In this document: piece by piece, positions 1-11,669 of the stretch
How the letters are laid out: every line of letters begins with the position of its first letter
Position numbering within the stretch: the first letter of the stretch is position 1
NCBI RefSeq assembly: GCF_033153115.1
Contig: NW_026889751.1
Span: 62,001 to 126,000, forward strand
Length of the DNA: 64,000 bases
Direction of reading: 5' to 3'
DNA from: Saccostrea echinata
Lineage: Eukaryota
The notes under the pieces: model-generated
Database searches by the model: none
Told to the model about the DNA's origin: nothing
The model's input: only the letters and a program-made list of their open reading frames with translations
Translations under genes and position numbers: made by a program

Positions 1-1493
1 TCCATTAACCCCTCACACTCCCTGAAATAAGCAAATTTTATATTACACGTTTCTTTTGAAATATTTGTTTCCAAAATGACAAACACTAACCAAAATAAAT
101 GTACCTGTTGAATTCAAAAAGATCACAGCAATATAATTTTATTCTCTTGTCTTCACTCTGAAAATAATATATAAAATAAAATTATATATATGTATATAAA
201 GGTCTAAGATTGACCTAAGACTGATGCTTAAAATTTTTTGTTGTTGAATTGTTGCGTCATATCACTTGTTAGTTTTGGTTGTTTCGGAGTAGCCAATCAA
301 TGGTATACGGAAATTAAGAAAAGGCGTCTGTCTATCCATGACCGTTGGAAGAGAAGTGTCCCTCCCCCTCCTATCTGGGTGGGTGGGTGTGTGTGTATAC
401 ATATATGCTTAACTTAGTAAATTAAAATCCCCCCCCCCCATAAACTCTTGCAGACTTACGATGAAAAGAGTACCTGTCCCCTCTGACAGATCAGAAACTG
501 TATACTTGATAGACTGCTCCTCAAAAAAGTCCTCCAGGGCACTTCTGACTGATTCCACACCTATAATGGTATGCCCCAGGTCCCATATGCTAACAATGAT
601 TAAAAAGATAATGAAAACAAGCTAAATTTTAATACAGTGCTGAAATATTTTTAAAGGTATATACACTCGCTCTTTTTTTAATGAGGCAAACATTTTTTTA
701 TTCAACATTAATCCATATTGTATTAATTTCTACTCATTTTAAACACAAATTTAAAAAATCAAAAATATTTGGAATAAGGTTAATAGAAACTTAAAGTATA
801 TTTACATTTATTCTGAAATTGGTAATGCAGTAGTTATTATAAATATATTGTATTTAGTACTTGATAAATTAAAAAAAAAAATGTTATACTGTCTCATATC
901 TAAGGCCTTTCCACATAACGGAAAGAAAATCTTTATATTCTCTCGGCCATTGATGAGTGTATCTTTATGCTTTTCCAATAACCTGTGAATTTAAATATAT
1001 AAAAATAACATTAATCATAAAGGTAAGAAAAAATATTTTCTATGTGTGCACAGTCTTATGTTAGACAATTCTGTCATTCACCAATTCTTCCGATTTCCCG
1101 TTTCTGTGTAGTTTATGAAATATTCGCAGCAATGATAATGAATGCATGATTCATATAAATTAATAAAAACTCAATTAAATTGAAATATTTTATTATTCTC
1201 TATGTATTTTCTATATTTGTCCCTATCCCAGGCAACTTTCGTCTGCTGCACGTCATTCACTTACAGGTACATTAAACGTCGAAAAGCCAGGTGCCTCATA
1301 GTTCAATCGGTGGATAAACCTTATTTTTCTTTATCTTGCATGGTTATTGTAGAGAAAATGCTAATAGATAAGTTGTTGAAAAATAAAATCCTACTTACGT
1401 ATCCACGTGTGATCTATGAAATCCGATTTTTCCTGTATCCCATTTTGTCTTCCAGAAGTCATGCGAAACTTTAGTGAATTCAGGCTCACTCAT
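1..1493 (-). CDS. TPMT: Thiopurine S-methyltransferase, 5' part (continues beyond window start). Exons 1399-1493, 890-982, 460-589, 105-157, <1-21
   Basis: The spliced translation is MSEPEFTKVSHDFWKTKWDTGKIGFHRSHVDT-LLEKHKDTLINGRENIKIFFPLCGKALDMRH-IWDLGHTIIGVESVRSALEDFFEEQSIKY...-SEDKRIKLYCCDLFEFNR-ECEGLM. It matches TPMT motifs (W..KW..G...FH, FFPLCGKA.DM, GH...GVE, LYCC). Introns are GT-AG with consistent phases. The ORF track missed this gene. Confidence 0.93.
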
Positions 1494-1689
1494 AATTAGA
1501 CTGAGAATTTTTTCTGGATGTAGCCAAATATGTAAGTAATATGTTGCCGTAATTATCTTTTAACTTAATTATATAATTTTCAATTACATATATTATGTTT
1601 GATGTGTTGTCTGCATGTATATAAATATTGTTATCATACTGCAAATTCTGAATTAAAACTCAAAACTTACAATAATATCATATTTCACA

Positions 1690-2110
1690 TATTAGCTTCT
1701 CTATTTTTCTCTCCGACATATCACTGCAGATAAACTTTTAATATTTCTATCTTATTCTCTAGGAATAAAGAACTTTCCACAAGGTATCCTTGGGTCATGG
1801 AGATTTGGACTTGTTGAAATATAGGTCAAGCCCAAGAGATGGTAATTCAGAAATTATAGTGAAGATACATAAGGTTTTAAAAAAACAAATATCCAGAAAA
1901 GTAGAAACATGTAAAGTTTCCTCAAATACGCTAACAAGATTTGGTGTGGGCTACAAAAGAATTCCAAATATTTCTGTTTAATCTTTTAAAATTCTGATGT
2001 CGATAAAACCAGGGCTACTGTCTGTAAAATTACTATAAAAAGCAGATTCAACTTTGGTTTTCTAAGACCCTCTTGAACCATGAGGAATCAGAATATAGGT
2101 TTTTAAATTA
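1690..2110 (-). mobile_element. Possible highly decayed CR1/L2-type LINE ORF2 relic
   Basis: The minus strand reads KSKSP*P.. and later *REANM, resembling the KSPGPD and W.EANV motifs of CR1-group elements with nonsense changes. Weak. Confidence 0.3.
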
Positions 2111-2359
2111 CTATTAATGTACTTACAGAACAACAGGGCTAAAATTGCATGCACGTCCATACAGTGCATACGTGTATATAAGTCCCATATACCAAGGACG
2201 CAACCACAAAATTTTAAACAGAGATAATCAAAGATTATACAGAGCTCACTTCAACGAATGTTATCTTTACGTAAGGCAAGTTCCACGCTAAACTAATAAT
2301 CTAATACCTCGGTAGTGCGCATCCCTAGGTGCAACATATATGCAATTTTGGTCTGATAG

Positions 2360-3210
2360 GACTTGCAATTACTTGATAATGAACTCGTTCTAAAACTTAA
2401 AACTAGACACTCATTAAGAAAATGTAAGTCAATTCCAGCATCTGAGGCGAGTTTGATAGTGTTCATCCCTTGCTCATGCAAGTTTAGTCTAGGTAGGGCT
2501 TTAAGTTACTCTAAAATGAGTCTACTCAAAAAACTTAAACCTGGTCACTCATCTGGAAAATGCAGATCAAAACCAGCAGCTGAAGCAAGTTTCGTGGTAG
2601 GTCCCCTGATGCATCATCCATGCAAGTTTGATTCAGGAGGCCTTACAGTTTCTTAGTAATGGATCTACTCCAAAATCGTTAACCAAGTCACTCGTCTGGA
2701 AAATGCTGGTCAAATCCTGCATCCAAAGTCCAGTAGTGTACATCATTAGATATATCATCCATGCAAAGTCGGTCAACATAGGACTTATAGTTACTTTAGA
2801 ATGAACCTTCTGCAAAAACTTCAACCTGGTCACTCATCCAAAAAATGTAGGTCAGATCCGACATCCGAACAAAGTGTAGTATTGTGTATCCTTAGATGTA
2901 CCATTCATTCAAGTTTGGTTAATATAGGACTTATAGTTACTTGGAAATGAGACCTGCTCGCCTCCAAAAACTTTAACCTGCTTCAAAAACATTAATTTGG
3001 ACACTCTTTAGCTGAGACTGAAGCATCTGAAACCTTGACTGGTTCAATGAAACATACTAGAGCATCATTCATGCATCTCTGATTAAAATAGGGCAAAGAA
3101 GTACTTGAAAAGAAAACTGCTTCAAAAACTTTAACCTGAGAACGGCGACGCAAACTCCGACGCCGAGGGTATTATACAACTCCTCCCAACTTCGTTGAGA
3201 TTAGCTAGAT
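2360..3210. repeat. Non-autonomous repeat with internal ~145-bp diverged tandem units (HINE-like)
   Basis: Recurrent blocks 'catccatgcaagtttg..ataggacttatagttact..aaaaacttaacctggtcactcatc' at about 2470, 2615, 2755, 2900 and 3065. Confidence 0.6.
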
Positions 3211-3224
3211 ATTCAAAATATACG

Positions 3225-3527
3225 TTTGTTTGTTTGTTTGTATGTTGTTTAACGTCCCTCTCGAGAATTTTTCACTCATATGGAGACGCCACCACTTTCC
3301 GGTGGAGAGCTGCAAATTCAGTCCTATACTCGGCACTTACGACCATTGAGCAGTGAGGGATCTTTTTCGTGCCAGCACCTACTGCGACACGGGACCTCGG
3401 TTTATACGGTCTCATCCGAAGGACCGGTCTCCACGTCCCACAGTGGGATTCGAACCCGCGACGTAAGGATCAACTCCTTACTTCGCGACTCTAGAGCAGA
3501 CGCTCTAACCACTGCGCCACGCGGGCG
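3225..3527 (-). mobile_element. tRNA-derived SINE (Meta-domain type), full length
   Basis: Minus strand has an A box (TGGCGCAGTGG), a B box (GGTTCGAATCC), the central GGTCCTTCGGATGAGACCGTATAAACCGAGGTCCCGTGT block and an (AAAC)n tail. Closely similar to 7250-7543. Confidence 0.85.
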
Positions 3528-3555
3528 ACCAAAATATACGTATTAGACTCATTGA

Positions 3556-4280
3556 AAACAATCAAATTAAGAGAATTGCGGTTCCCCGCTTTCGGGGTCT
3601 ATTTGTTGGGGGTGCAATGATTTATAGCATATTAAATTTGATTTAATTTGTCTATCATAGTAAAAAAAAAGAGTTATTTTTTTAAGTAATGTGTTCTGAT
3701 GTAAAAGAAAAAGCAATAATTAAAGCCTTTGAAAGTCAAACTTCAAGGTCTAGGTCAGGAGGTCAATTTTCACATTACATTCAGAAAGGTCTTATCACAG
3801 GTAAGTAATAAACAAGTTTAAAAAATGTAAAAGTCTTATCTCCGGTTGCAAAAGCTATGGTCAAGGAAAAAAATGTTTTGAAAAAACTTCAAGGTCAAGA
3901 CCATAAGGTGAAAAATCATAACATATTCAGAAATGTATAGGCACAGGTACATGTGGAATATGAAAGCCCTATCTTCTCTCATTCAAGTTATTACAAAAGT
4001 TAAAGTTCTTGAAAAGTGTCAAAAATGATAGTATATTCCGAAAGGTCTTGACACAGGTAATACACATGTGAAACATTAAACCCCAAACTTTTCTCATGTA
4101 AAGTCAATTGGTTTAAAAGTAGGTAAATTTTCAAGGCCAAAGTCATGAGATCAAGAGACAAAGTATATATTTTGAAAAATCTTATCACTGGTAATGCAAG
4201 TTTTTGTTACAGACAGACAGAAGGATAGACGGACAAATGAGATTGAATGTCACCGCTCTTTTGCGAAAGCGGCAAACAAC
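3556..4280. repeat. HINE-like element with 'aaacttcaaggtcaaggtca' tandem subunits and a GACA/GACG microsatellite
   Basis: Repeated tcaaggtc/aaaggtcttatcacaggta motifs, acagacagacag at ~4208, terminal hairpin ccgctcttttgcgaaagcgg. Confidence 0.55.
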
Positions 4281-5215
4281 AACAAATCTATAGATGGCAA
4301 ATAATACGAGCATGAACCACTGTTACATGCAGTTTGACTCAGTTAGGGGGACCTGAAAGAAGAGAAATCATTGATATTTGGAGAGAGAAAGAGAGATCTA
4401 ACTCGCAATGGTTGAGTCTTTGTATGTATAGCCTTGTGTGTGTGGAAGGGGGGGGGGGGGATAAAGGATGTCACTTTATACAATATTTATACCTTTATAA
4501 TGCAGAAGCTTCCAAGCCTTCTGTCTTATTCTGTTCATTCACTGCATCAAAAAAATTAAATTAAATTATTGTCTGCATTGGTTTAAATTTCTTACAACTT
4601 TATTTAATTACGTTTGATAACAAGCTTTATAATTATTTAGTAATGATAAAATAGAATATTTCTAAAAATTCATCACAGATGGAGTTAGATAACTGTGCTG
4701 AGTTTAATTTAGACTTTTTGATTTTTTCACCTTGACCTTTTAGTCAATGAGCACATATAAATACCAGTAAATACATCTACATACAAAGACAAATATTTTT
4801 TTTCCCTTTAACCATCCTTAATTTAAAAAAGAGGGTAAGTCATGATTGGAGGAAGAATGTGAATTACTGGATCAAGTAAATGTAGGAAGGGTGAGGTCAA
4901 TAATATATCAATAATATACAAATATAGCCTTTTGCTGAGGTCAGTCCCTAGATATATAGACATAAGAGAAAGCATGTTGACCGAGCACGAAGTTCAAGGT
5001 CAATATGCTTTTCTCTAAGGTCTACATGTCTAGGGATTGTGCTGAATCAAAAGGCTACATTTGTTTTATTATTATATATGTATCAGTTAATGAAAAATAT
5101 TTTAAAATCCATGTTTCTTATAAGTGCAATAGTATCTCGTATAAGGCATTGATAAGTCCTACTCATTATGATGTCATAATTATAAATGGGAGCTGAAGTA
5201 TCTGTTTTTAGAAAC

Positions 5216-5690
5216 CAGGGGCGTAGCTTGACTTTAAATTCTAGTGAGGCAAAACCATACATGTACAGTAGCAGAAAGAAGTCTGGGGCTGCCTTAAGCC
5301 CCCAGCAGGTTCCGGGTAGTGTCATTCGAGGGGTCACTCCGACAGAAAATGGAGTTGGGGGTTTTAAAATGCAATGAAATTTCATTTGTTGTACTGGTTT
5401 CTTTATTTAAGACTTCAGCATGATACTACGTATTGTAAAAGAATGTAGAAGAGTTTATATGTTTACTAAACTTTTTGAAACATTTAAAGGTGAAAGCGCA
5501 TCTTATTAAACTTTGCTATTATTTCTTTAAAACTTCAATTCAACATTATAGAACTGCTTAAAATGTTAAAAGAAATGCCATTAGTTGTACGTATTATCTA
5601 CAGTGTACTGTTGATCATGTAAAGGGATGGTGGTGGTGAAAAATCTAGTGAGGCAGTTGCCTCATTGCCACAGTGGAAGCTACGCCCCTG
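5216..5690. mobile_element. MITE / non-autonomous DNA transposon
   Basis: Perfect 14-bp TIR CAGGGGCGTAGCTT...AAGCTACGCCCCTG, a GAAAC direct repeat on both flanks (5211-5215, 5691-5695), and an internal repeated tctagtgaggca. Confidence 0.8.
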
Positions 5691-7249
5691 GAAACATGAC
5701 TATTGAGACACCATCATTACTGTTTCTTCACAGAAGATGTTTCCAATATTAGAAACATCAGATTTATAAGCTTTTTAGGAGCTTAAAATAGAAACACACA
5801 GTTTTTATGGTGTTTTTTTTATTCTTAATCATGATATCCAATTTGAACCAATCAGAAAACTGGGAACGATTGAGAACAATTATTAAAGTTATTAAGTCAA
5901 TAAGTGTTAAAAGACATGTCAATAATCTCGACTTTGACCTTCGTTGCAGTGACATCAAAATCTAGGTGTATTTTTTAAAACCATATTCAGCGTAACGAAT
6001 ACAAAAAATGGAAGTTAATTAGTGAAAATGCACCGCCTATATGTGACCTTGAAAATACTGACATAAATAATATTACCCTTTTAAATTTGAACTTTGAGAG
6101 ACCTCAAAACTATGACTTGTCCTTTTTAAACCATTTTATCTTCACAGTAAGTGAATACGAAGTCTCTAAAATTAGGCTTATGATCTCATCAAGTCATATA
6201 TAAATGTTGACAGACGAATGGATAGTTTGATTGTTTAGGGCATCTACCTCTGAAATTAATGACCCAAGTAAACTGTCGAGCACGCGATCAGGAGTTGTCT
6301 TACCATGATGGCCAATTCAAGAGAAAAATGCTAGGAATTCAGTTTAGATGCATATTTCTCCTAGTCGGTAGCTTGCTTAAAGCTATATATGGTGTATCTG
6401 AGCTAAAAAAAAAAAAAATAAAAATACGAGATTGAGTGTAGATAAACATGATATATGGTATTAACGTTCAAATTAAAATTTTCACCGATTTTGAATTTGA
6501 ATAACCTCATGTTTTCATAGTAAAAAGGATTTTAAACTGTGTCTGTTAATTAAATGCGGAGTCGGTAAATAAATCGGTTATTGTTTTAAATTTCTAATTC
6601 TTTAAAACTTGATTGATTTAAATTGTTTAATTTACAGGAAAGTCCTATATGTATATAAAGTAATAAAACAAGTAGAAAATCTTTTTAATTTTAGTTGTCT
6701 GAACTTATAAAAAATACGCCATATATGACGTGCGTTTAATCTAGTAACTAAGATATCCTTTACTTATACATAGCGTTTAATTCTGTCAAAATTGCCAACA
6801 TGTTACTATATTCAACTATACTAAGTTTTCTTATAATGAAATGAAAGTGTGATCTGCGACAGAAAAAAACCTTTTTTTTTCATTTAACTCTTGCTTTTGG
6901 TGGTTGTATGTTTTAAATATCTTTATATATTACTAGGTATAGACAACTAAAACATGTTCGTTGTATATAATACCAGCACGTACATTGCAATGAAAACTAA
7001 GTGAAAACGTTTTATTTTTGTTCAGGAGCGGTCTTGTCTGTTTTTGGTAGATTTTTTTTAAAATGTTTAGGAACGGTCTCCTGTTCTTATCGTTTTTGGT
7101 TTCGGACTTAACATCGTAGACAAGAAGTTCTTGGTCACAGTGAAAGAAGGATACAGATTTCTTATAACATGTCGTCTAAGGTAATTTTTAGATTTCAGTT
7201 GCTTCCTAAATTGGTCGCAAATTATTAAATTCTCTCTGAAAGAGACGTA

Positions 7250-7543
7250 GCCCGCGTGGCGCAATGGTTAGAGCGTCTGCTCTGGAGTCGCGGAGTAAGG
7301 AGCTGATCCTTACGTCGCGGGTTTGAATCCACTGCGGGACGTGGAGACCGGTCCTTCAGAGGAGACCGTATAAACCGAAGTCCCGTGTCGCAGTAGGTGT
7401 TGGCACGAAAAAGATCCCTCACTATTCAATGGCCCTGAGTGCCGAGTATAGGTATAAATTTGTAGCCCTCCGCCGGCAAGTGGCGGCTTCTATATATGAA
7501 TGAAAAATTCTCGAGAGGGACGTTAAACAACAAACAAATCAAA
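7250..7543 (+). mobile_element. tRNA-derived SINE (Meta-domain type), full length
   Basis: A box TGGCGCAATGG, degenerate B box GGTTTGAATCC, core GAGACCGTATAAACCGAAGTCCCGTGT, 3' end ctcgagagggacgttaaacaacaaacaaa. Confidence 0.85.
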
Positions 7544-7551
7544 TATGGTTT

Positions 7552-7710
7552 CTTTGTTTGTTTGTTGTTGTTTAACGTCCCTCTCGAGAATTGTTCACTC
7601 ATATGGAAACGTTACAACTTGCAGGCGGAAAGCAGATGCTGAAAATTTTGACCTACATGTATACTCGGCACTCAGGGCCATTGAGCAGTGAGGGATCTTT
7701 TTCGTTCCAG
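7552..7710 (-). mobile_element. 5'-truncated copy of the same SINE, inverted relative to its neighbour
   Basis: tttgtttgtttgttgttgtttaacgtccctctcgagaa...gagcagtgagggatctttttcgt is the reverse complement of the SINE 3' half. Confidence 0.8.
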
Positions 7711-8546
7711 TTTACTTGGGCCATTAATAGTGACAAACAGTTGGGTATATAATAAAAATCCATATCATTATTCGTAGGGAAAGTAGTCCCGAAGAATTGA
7801 CACTGTATAGGGTATGGTTTCAAATGTATTGTGGTTTTGAAGAGGCGGATCTAAGTTAAAGTGAATGAGGTATTTACACAACTGCATGTGCTCGCCGCAA
7901 CGGTCGCACTGCAACATATTAATCACATTAACATTTAAAAAGCATACTTTACGAATTGAAAATTATCATACATGTAAAAAAGACACTAATGCATTAACAT
8001 ATTCCAGATCCTACTTTGGGGAATTTTTTTATAATGACAAGCATATATCGGTGATGGCCTTATGCAACGTAAAATAGCCGACGGGGAATCGGAATGGGGG
8101 TAAAATCCATTAAAATTAGGTAAAAGCAAGTGATTAAAGGTCCCACTGCTTTGGTCGTTTATTCTATTCATATCAATCTGTTTATGCAAAAGAATCTCGG
8201 TCGATTGCTTTATATATTCGCATTGACCCTAATCGGCCTCCGTAGATAAAAAACAAGAATCTGGAGAGGTCAGCGTGTAGACTCAGTATAGTAATAACTA
8301 CCGTCTGGATATTGAAATTTGAAATACTTTTGATGCATTAAGTTATTCTATTGCGGAGACATTATTATATAAAGTGATAACTTAATATTAAGATTTTCTC
8401 TTAAATTTTCTTACCTAATTAGTCTATGGTCCGGTGTACGTTGTGCACGACCTACTCAAGCCTTAAACTTGGATAGTCTAACAAGAAAGACAACTCTGTA
8501 AATTGAGTTGTAAAGTAGAATTAATACCAATAGCAGAAGAAATGAA

Positions 8547-10982
8547 ATGAATGTTGAAGAGGAGGGATTAACAATCGCTAAAGAAGTCGTTCAAGGAAGA
8601 GTATTTGGACATAAGAGATTTGAAAATATAATACAAACGGTGAGTGTCTCTTTTTTCACTGTCTGACGATCTGATTTTTGACACGCCGCTGTTTTTGAAA
8701 GTGCACTTAAGGCTCGGCCAGTGCACACACTGCAATTAATCCCATGCAATTAATGGGATAAATTGCAGCATGTGTACCAAGTAAATATACTAGTTGCATG
8801 CAACAGTTTCGATTATTAACTTGTTTCTGGAATAGAGCTTAGTTCTATTTTAAGACTGTATGGTTAAGTTTTATTCTCTTTAGAGAAGTGGACAGGTTTT
8901 CGCCTACGTGGATGTAGGCGAAAGCCTGTCCACTTCTCTAAAGAGAATAGGTTAAGTTTCACTTGGATGCAGTCTTCAAAACAACTTTGTTAATGTACAG
9001 TTTTGGAATAGAAAATAGAAGATATGTATGCAGTTACAATGTAGTTGTAGTGAGTGTCCAGACTCCAGAGAATTTAAAACAAAAAAAATGCAAGAGGTTA
9101 ATTGCATGGGATTCATTGCAGGGTGTGCACTGGCTTTTAAGGATATGATCGATCCTTCTCCCTAACCTGCATGACTGTCGAAAATTAATTTTATATACGT
9201 CATACTATCAAATATATTTGTTATAACCGTCTATCGTTTGTCATTTGCAAACATTTCTCATTTTTTAATTTTTTTATTTCTACTTTAAAACTTTGTACAA
9301 TATATGAAGTACAAAGTAAAACGAAATGATACTGCAGACGCGTCGTCCAATATAAAAAGGCCTCACCCTTTTGAGTCTATAAGGGACACAGACTCAGAGT
9401 TCAATTGGTGTCCCTCGGATAATCCTCCGGGACATTAGATATATGACATATGTGCAGTCTTTAGATGCCCAATTTAGGTATAAAACCAACAATTCGTACA
9501 AAACATTGAATGGATGCATATGTAAAGTTTCTATTTGAGATATATTTTCAAAAATCCCTTTTAATTTCGACCCCATGAAAAACGAACAGTAATGAAGATC
9601 AAAAGTCAATTGGAACAATATAAATTTGGAGCAGAGCAAACATGGACCTTTAAAAACATCAGAGGTGGGATCAGGTGCCATGAAGGAATAAGGGAGATTA
9701 ATACTTTATTTAAGTTATATGGTGTCTCCATCATTTGAAATTTTACTATGGAGCAGACTATATACGCGAATCGCATATTCGCAGTATTTTCGCTACCAAA
9801 TTCGTGATAAAACCATATTAATTGTTAATGTTACTAGTAATTGACAAAAAAGAGGAGTACAACGAGAAAAAAAAAGAAAATCATAGAAAAGATTGTCTGT
9901 TTAAGCCATAGTATCCAGAGACAGAATGGATTTCTATGCCTTAATTTTGTTGTAACAGTGACGAGACTTTTTTAAATTCTGTCTTATCTTATAATGATAT
10001 TCACTATTCAGAATACTATATCGTAAAATGATATGACCAAGTTGATTTTTTTTTTTTTGGGGGGGGGGGGGAGGGGGAGGGGGTGATGGTGGTATGTTTG
10101 TTTGTTGGTTTATTTGTTGTTGTTTATTTCCCGCTCTTATATATCTCAACTATAGGGTTTTCTGAATTATGAACCTTTTATATGTAAGGTATCAAAGCGA
10201 TATCAAATATTGGTGAATACTTCAGATCTCTGTTGTGGCAGGAGGCGGGGGAAATATAACATGTGAGTTTGAGGTAACAGAAGAACACAGGAATAGTCAC
10301 GGGACTTTACACGGGGGTATGATGTCACTGTTAGTAGATGCCGTCACTTCCTGGGCTCTCCACACCAAAGTCAGGGACAGAAATAGTGCTAGTATTGACC
10401 TATCACTACGGTAATATTCTTCGGCTCGTGGCAAAATTGTTTCTGTTAATTTTAAATATCAGCAGTGGCAACAGTATTCTTTTCTACTTAAACTACCGAT
10501 AAACCTAGTATACAAATTTGTGAAATTCTTTGAAAATTTCATCTTACTTTACAATATCTTACCTTAAACTTGATTTGACAAAAAGACGCATTTTCAGTTA
10601 GATTTGCTGCTAAAGTTTGCATTAAATATACTGTTTACCATAATGTTATTATATAAAGATTCATAAAGCCTGCTAGAGTCGGAGAAACAATTGTGATTGA
10701 TGCAAAGACAGTGAAATGTGGTCGGCGTGTGGCCTTCTTATCCGCAGAAATCCGCTCTGAAAATGGCGACTTGTTGGCACAGGGAAATCACACCAAACTC
10801 ATTATGGGTAAGTAGAAAATATACTTGTCTATATTATATTACTCACTTTAATACTTACATTTATCTTATCAATTTTGATGGTTTACAACAAAAAGTGTCT
10901 GTCGTTGTATTACTTTAAATGTTTTCGCAGCTGTATTTATGTACATGTCTTTTCTTTTGTAGAGCCAGGATCCAAGCTATGA
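8547..10982 (+). CDS. ACOT13: Acyl-CoA thioesterase 13 (THEM2, hot-dog fold). Exons 8547-8639, 10226-10410, 10659-10807, 10963-10982
   Basis: The translation MNVEEEGLTIAKEVVQGRVFGHKRFENIIQT-ISVVAGGGGNITCEFEVTEEHRNSHGTLHGGMMSLLVDAVTSWAL...SIDLSLR-FIKPARVGETIVIDAKTVKCGRRVAFLSAEIRSENGDLLAQGNHTKLIM-EPGSKL* has the N..GTLHGG....LVD motif and the AQG.HTK C-terminus. The fourth exon is less certain. The ORF track missed this gene. Confidence 0.92.
8716..9135. mobile_element. MITE with ~38-bp TIRs in ACOT13 intron 1
   Basis: ggccagtgcacacactgcaattaatcccatgcaattaa at the left end pairs with ttaattgcatgggattcattgcagggtgtgcactggct at the right. TTAA lies near both ends. Confidence 0.75.
8872..8949. mobile_element. 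78-bp fold-back element with 10-bp target site duplication, nested in the MITE
   Basis: 36-bp arms with one G:T mismatch around a 6-nt loop, flanked by GGTTAAGTTT at 8862-8871 and 8950-8959. Confidence 0.85.
9570..9695 (-). mobile_element. Short 3'-end fragment of Penelope-like retroelement
   Basis: agaggtgggatcaggtgccatgaagga is the reverse complement of the motif found downstream of the RT fragments at 19826 and 30545. Confidence 0.65.
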
Positions 10983-11255
10983 GTACAAAAGCAAGCATAC
11001 TTGTAGCAGTCAAATTGAATTCAATCAGATTGTGGAATAATTCTGATGTGATAATACGGTGTATTTAGAAGATAATATACTCATTTTGTATGTACTAATT
11101 ACACAAAATTGAATAAATAAAAATATGCCTGAAATTGTTTTTCATTATCTGACCCCAGCAATTCAAAATTCAAAATGTTTATGTACATGTATGTCAACTT
11201 TTAGCGGACTGGTGTCATTTTAGTCTAGAAAATAACCAGCTACAGGTAACAGTAA

Positions 11256-11403
11256 GAATTCCTTACAAAACAAGTTTACGTTGAGGAATTGTAAATTGCA
11301 AAACAAGCTTACAATGAAGAATTGTAAATTACAAAACAAGCTTACATTGAGAAATTGTAAATTACAAAACAAGTTTACGTTGAAGAATCGTAAATTACAA
11401 AAA
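11256..11403. repeat. 33-bp minisatellite, ~4.5 copies
   Basis: Unit aattgtaaattacaaaacaagtttacgttgaag, repeated with small variations. Confidence 0.85.
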
Positions 11404-11669
11404 CTGTGTGCACTGGATAACTCCAAATATAATTATACTTTGTGGGGCATATATTGAAATGACAATGGATAACTTTCAACTTTTTGCTGATAGGAACTAT
11501 ACAAATGCGTCAGTCCAAATGGGATGGAAAAATTCTTACAATTTTATTATGTTGAAATGGTCACGTATGGGCTATAATATAATTATTGTGGTCAACCCAA
11601 CCTTATCATAAGCTCCATATCTTTGTGATAAGAACAGTGCATTACCCTTTCCTGTAGACAATAGCAGAA

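Noticed and set aside
3430-3527. tRNA gene, possibly an amber suppressor (CTCTAGA loop)
   Set aside because: There is no proper anticodon stem, and the sequence continues into a SINE body and tail present in several copies.
11220-11426. ORF with repeated LFCNLQF peptide
   Set aside because: It is a translation of the 33-bp minisatellite, with no splice or homology support.
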